NCBI GenBank assembly: GCA_000826855.1
Contig: JTLS01000076.1
Coordinates: 1-34,409 of the forward strand
Origin: Basidioascus undulatus
Taxonomy: Eukaryota
Direction: 5' to 3'
DNA: 34,409 nt
Numbering within the stretch: position 1 is the first letter of the stretch; each line of letters starts with the position of its first letter. A program made the position numbers and the translations under genes. Under the pieces are notes generated by a model. The model saw only the letters and a program-made list of their open reading frames with translations. It had not been told where the DNA came from and searched no databases. Below are positions 31,077-34,409 of this stretch, piece by piece.

Positions 31077-34000
31077 CTACTCCTCTGCAAGGGCAGCATG
31101 TGCGCGGACGCGGTCTGAGGGGGATGAAGCGCGCGTCAACATCAAATGTATGAAGATCATGAAGAAAGATGAAGAACGCACAAAGACACGTGTGATGAGG
31201 GTTCCCATGATTGGACAGGACGCGGACGACCACCATCCCCGTCTCGATGCCTGCGTCGCGGACGGCGGGGCGGACGGGGAACGTCTGGATGTGGCGCGGG
31301 GAGTCGAGATCGTAGGTGAAGCTGGCGAGGAGGACGTGGTCCTTTGTCGGCGGGATTGGTCTCGGGTCGGCATCCTCCTCTTCCTGCGCCGCCTCCGCCT
31401 CTGCGAGCTCGCGCGCCTTGCGACGGCCCTCCTCGGTGTCCACCACAGCCCAGACCTCGACCTCGCGCGGTGCGCCAGTCCGGTCGAGGCTCGTCTCGCG
31501 GGGGGCATGGTCGAGCGTGATGTCGCTCACGACGATGCGGCGCGCGAGGGCGATGCCGAGCTGGCCGTGTGCGCCGGCGAACGGCCAGCACATGCCGACG
31601 CTCAGGTCCGGGTGGAGCGCCGTGACGGGCGGGCGGCCGCGGACGACGGACGAGCCGAGGAGCTTGCCGACAAGGCGCTGTGCGAGGGACGCCGGGCGGA
31701 CGGTGTACGTCGGCGTGGTGTGCGAGGGCACGATGCGCGCGCCCGCGGAGAAGAGTGCGTAGTCCGGGCGGGCAAGGACGTCCTTCGAGTACCGGGCGAG
31801 CGCGGTCTCGACGAGCTGGGCGATGAGCTCCGTGACGTTCTTGCCGTCGGGCGTCGTGATGGACTGAGATTGCTTCTTGCCGCCGAACCAACCAGTACTG
31901 CCGGCCGCCTCGCGCTCACGCTCCTGCAGCTTGACGACCTTGCCCAAGACCTCCTCGCCGATGGCGCGGACGTTCTCGTTCGCGCGCGCCTCGAACTCGT
32001 CCTTGAGCGTGCGGATCTTGGAGTCGAGGAGCTCGACAAAGTCGTCCTTGTCCAGCACGCGGTGGCGCTCGCCGTCGAGCCAGCGGCGCAGCGACGCCTC
32101 GTTGGACGCGAGGAACGCGTCCCAGCTCGGGGGCGCGGCGGCCTCGGAGGGAGAAGAGGAGGAAGTCGTACCCTTGACGGCAAAGACGCCCTTCATCGCC
32201 GTCCAGAACGCGGGGTCGATGTCGAGCTCGCCGGTTTTGGGGTTGCGGCGCACAGCGACGTACCGCGGCAGGTGCGCCTCGACCTGCTTGACGACCTCGG
32301 TCGCCAAGCCAGCCGCGTCGGCCGCGCGCGCAGTCGCCTCCGCGACCTCCTTGATGCGCGCTCCGAGGCGGTCGACCTCGGCCTGCATCTCGCCAAAGCC
32401 GCCGTCCAGCTTGCCGAGCCGCGCAGAGTTCGTGCGCGAGCGGTCGTCCAGCCCTCCGACGCGGCCCTTGAGCGCCACGACGTCCCGCCGGAGGGAAGCG
32501 AGCGAGTCCTGCAGCGCCTCGTCGCCCTTGCGCGCGAGCCGCACGTTCTCGGACGTGTCCCGCCGCACGTCGGCCAGCCCGCCCTCCACGACCTTGAGGC
32601 CGGAGCGCAGCTGGGTAACAGCCTGGGTGAGCGTCTGCGACGTCGCCTCGAAGCCCTTCCGAGCGTCTAAGTTCGCGGCGTCGCTGAGCGCGATGCGGTC
32701 GAGAAGGTCCTTGAGGTCGCCGGGCGGAATGTCGAAGCCTTGGTACGGCTGTGGGGAGCGGGAGAAGAGGGAGGAGTCGGAGGTTCGGAGGGCAGCGAGG
32801 AGACCGAGAGTGCCGAGGAGCAGGAGAGGGATGCGGACGGCCGGTCGGCGGGAGAAGACGGGGGAGAGTGCGGATCGGAAGAGGTTGAAGAGGAGGACGA
32901 GGGGGACGTAGACGATGAGGGCGACAAAGCGGAAGAGGCGGGAGAGGAGCGAGGGGCGAGGGGTTGACGGTGGAGGGGCGGGAGGATCGGCTGGAGGAGG
33001 GAATGCCCTAGGGGCGGGTGCGGGCGGAGGTGGCATTGGCACTGGGGCGGGCGCTGACGGCGCTCTATGCGGTGCAGGTGGGGGTTCGGCGTAGACGTCA
33101 TAGTCGGGTGGAGGGAAGTCGTAGTTGTCCTGGGGCGGGTCCTCCTGCTGGTCGTCCTGCCCGCCGAGCGACCCCTCCGCCCCGCCCCACGCGCTCGCGC
33201 TCTCCGAGCGCTCATCATCCACCTCCCGGCGCAACGGGCTCTCTGTCGTCGCCCTCGCGCCGCGCCTGCGCCTGCCCCTACCCCTCCCGCGCCCGGAGCT
33301 TCTCCTCCGCTTCTTCTCGCCGTCGACGACCGTGCCGAAGCGGAGCTGGCTCTTGTTCCACTTCTTGCTCGTATCGCGGCCCTCGTCGATATCGGATGAC
33401 GATTCCTCCTCCTCTTCCGCCGCGGGGCGGTACGTCTTGTCGATGCTCGAGCGGGGTTTGCGCTTGCGCGCGGAGGAAGGCGTCGTCTCGCCTTCAGCAC
33501 CCTCGGCGGCAGCGGGGAAGGGGTTGGAAGGGGACGAGTCGGGAATGTTACGGGCGAGCCACTCGCCCTTCTGCTTCTTGGACGGGCTACCGGCGGCGCT
33601 GCGGTACGACGTGGAGCCCGAGGCCTCGGCGACGATGGCCTCGCCGTTGCTCTGGCGATCCTCGAGCTGCCGCACGAGCGACTCCTCGGCAGCGTAGTCG
33701 TAGCTGTAGCTCTGGTTAGTGCCGCGGGCGGAGGCGAAGCTCTGGCCGTTCGAGTGGCTGTGGAAGTCGCGGCTGGACTCGCCCTCGTGGCCGAAGGAGT
33801 GCGAGTGCTCGTCCTCGTCGATGCTGGGCGAGCTGGAGGGCGCTCGGAGGTGGAAGCGCGCGACCGTCTCGCCTGCCTCCTCGTCGTCCTCTCTGGCCCG
33901 CTTCGAGCTCCGCCCCGCCCCGCCCTCTTCCTCCTGGTCCTGGTCCTCGCTCCTCACGCGTTTCGAGCCCCGCGCGCCGTACTCCTCGTCCTCGTCCTCC

Positions 34001-34296
34001 TCTTGGCTGCTCACCCCCTCGCTCTCCTCATCCTCGGCTATAGACTGAACGTCCGGTTTGGAAGCAGATCGCCTCTTCGAAGGCGATGCGCTGGAGCGGC
34101 CCTCGGAGGGGGCGCGCGAGGCCGAACGCAAGGAGCGTCTGCGCTCCGAAGGGGCTTCAGAGGGAGCGACGGAAGGAGCGGTGGAGGGTGCGCGACGTCT
34201 CCGGTTCGCGCCGGCCGTCGACTGCGACTCCTTCTGGGGCTCAGCGTCCGTGTCGGTTTCAGCGGTGCGCGCGGGTCGAGCTCTCCGGGGCGGCAT
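31077..34296 (-). CDS. SUN-domain (Sad1/UNC-84) nuclear envelope / spindle pole body protein, 2 exons, about 1050 aa
   Basis: ATG 34296 in GCCGCCATG context; charged low-complexity N-terminus, proline-rich linker, hydrophobic segments (LFRFVALIVYVPLVLLFNLF; IPLLLLGTLGLLAAL), coiled-coil-like region, then SUN motifs RPDYALFSAGARIVPSHTTPTY, ALHPDLSVGMCWPFAG, SDITLDH, APREVEVW, IQTFPV, VLSNHGNPHHTCL|YRVRAH. Intron 31181-31115; stop TAG 31077-31079. The 1215-aa ORF in the track reads through this intron. Confidence 0.94.
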
Positions 34297-34409
34297 GGCG
34301 GCGCGTGCTGCGGCTTCGCGAAAGGCGGTAGCGATGTTGACGGAGGTGTTGCCGTGCGAGGGGGGGCTCGGCGGCTGCTCGATGAGAGATCGGAAGAGCA
34401 CACGGCTGA

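Noticed and set aside
30754..31181. Hydrophobic C-terminal extension of the 1215-aa ORF
   Set aside because: Read-through of intron 31181-31115; splicing restores CLYRVR and stops at 31077.
31150..32911. Long plus-strand ORFs (506 aa and 344 aa)
   Set aside because: Antisense shadows of the GC-rich SUN exon; Arg/Ala/Ser-rich with no motifs.

Overview
Eukaryotic, GC-rich, very intron-dense fungal DNA. Short introns with GTGCGT/GTACGT/GTCCGC donors and CTGAC/CTGAT branch sites suggest a basidiomycete, plausibly a Rhodotorula-like yeast (inference). The ORF track is mostly misleading because real genes are split into many small exons, so I spliced them by hand. Intact features: an intron-containing tRNA-Gly(GCC) (139-216), a DHA1-type MFS transporter (18 exons), Ras (13 exons), 6-phosphofructokinase (14 exons), Maf1, an Hva1/TUDOR-like small protein, an acyl-protein thioesterase 1-like hydrolase, an unassigned secreted 8-cysteine protein and a SUN-domain (Sad1/UNC-84) protein. 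Between these lie several damaged genes: an inverted broken paralog of the Hva1-like gene, a frameshifted DUF6924-like gene, and a GT1 UDP-glycosyltransferase relic fused tail-to-tail with a truncated Cue2/Smr-like gene, plus unidentifiable coding-like relics. I saw no CRISPR array, rRNA or recognisable transposon, and nothing I can firmly call a new biological system. The best leads are the gene-decay landscape, the 8-Cys secreted protein, the two in-frame starts of the thioesterase and the Ras-PFK-Maf1-APT1 neighbourhood.
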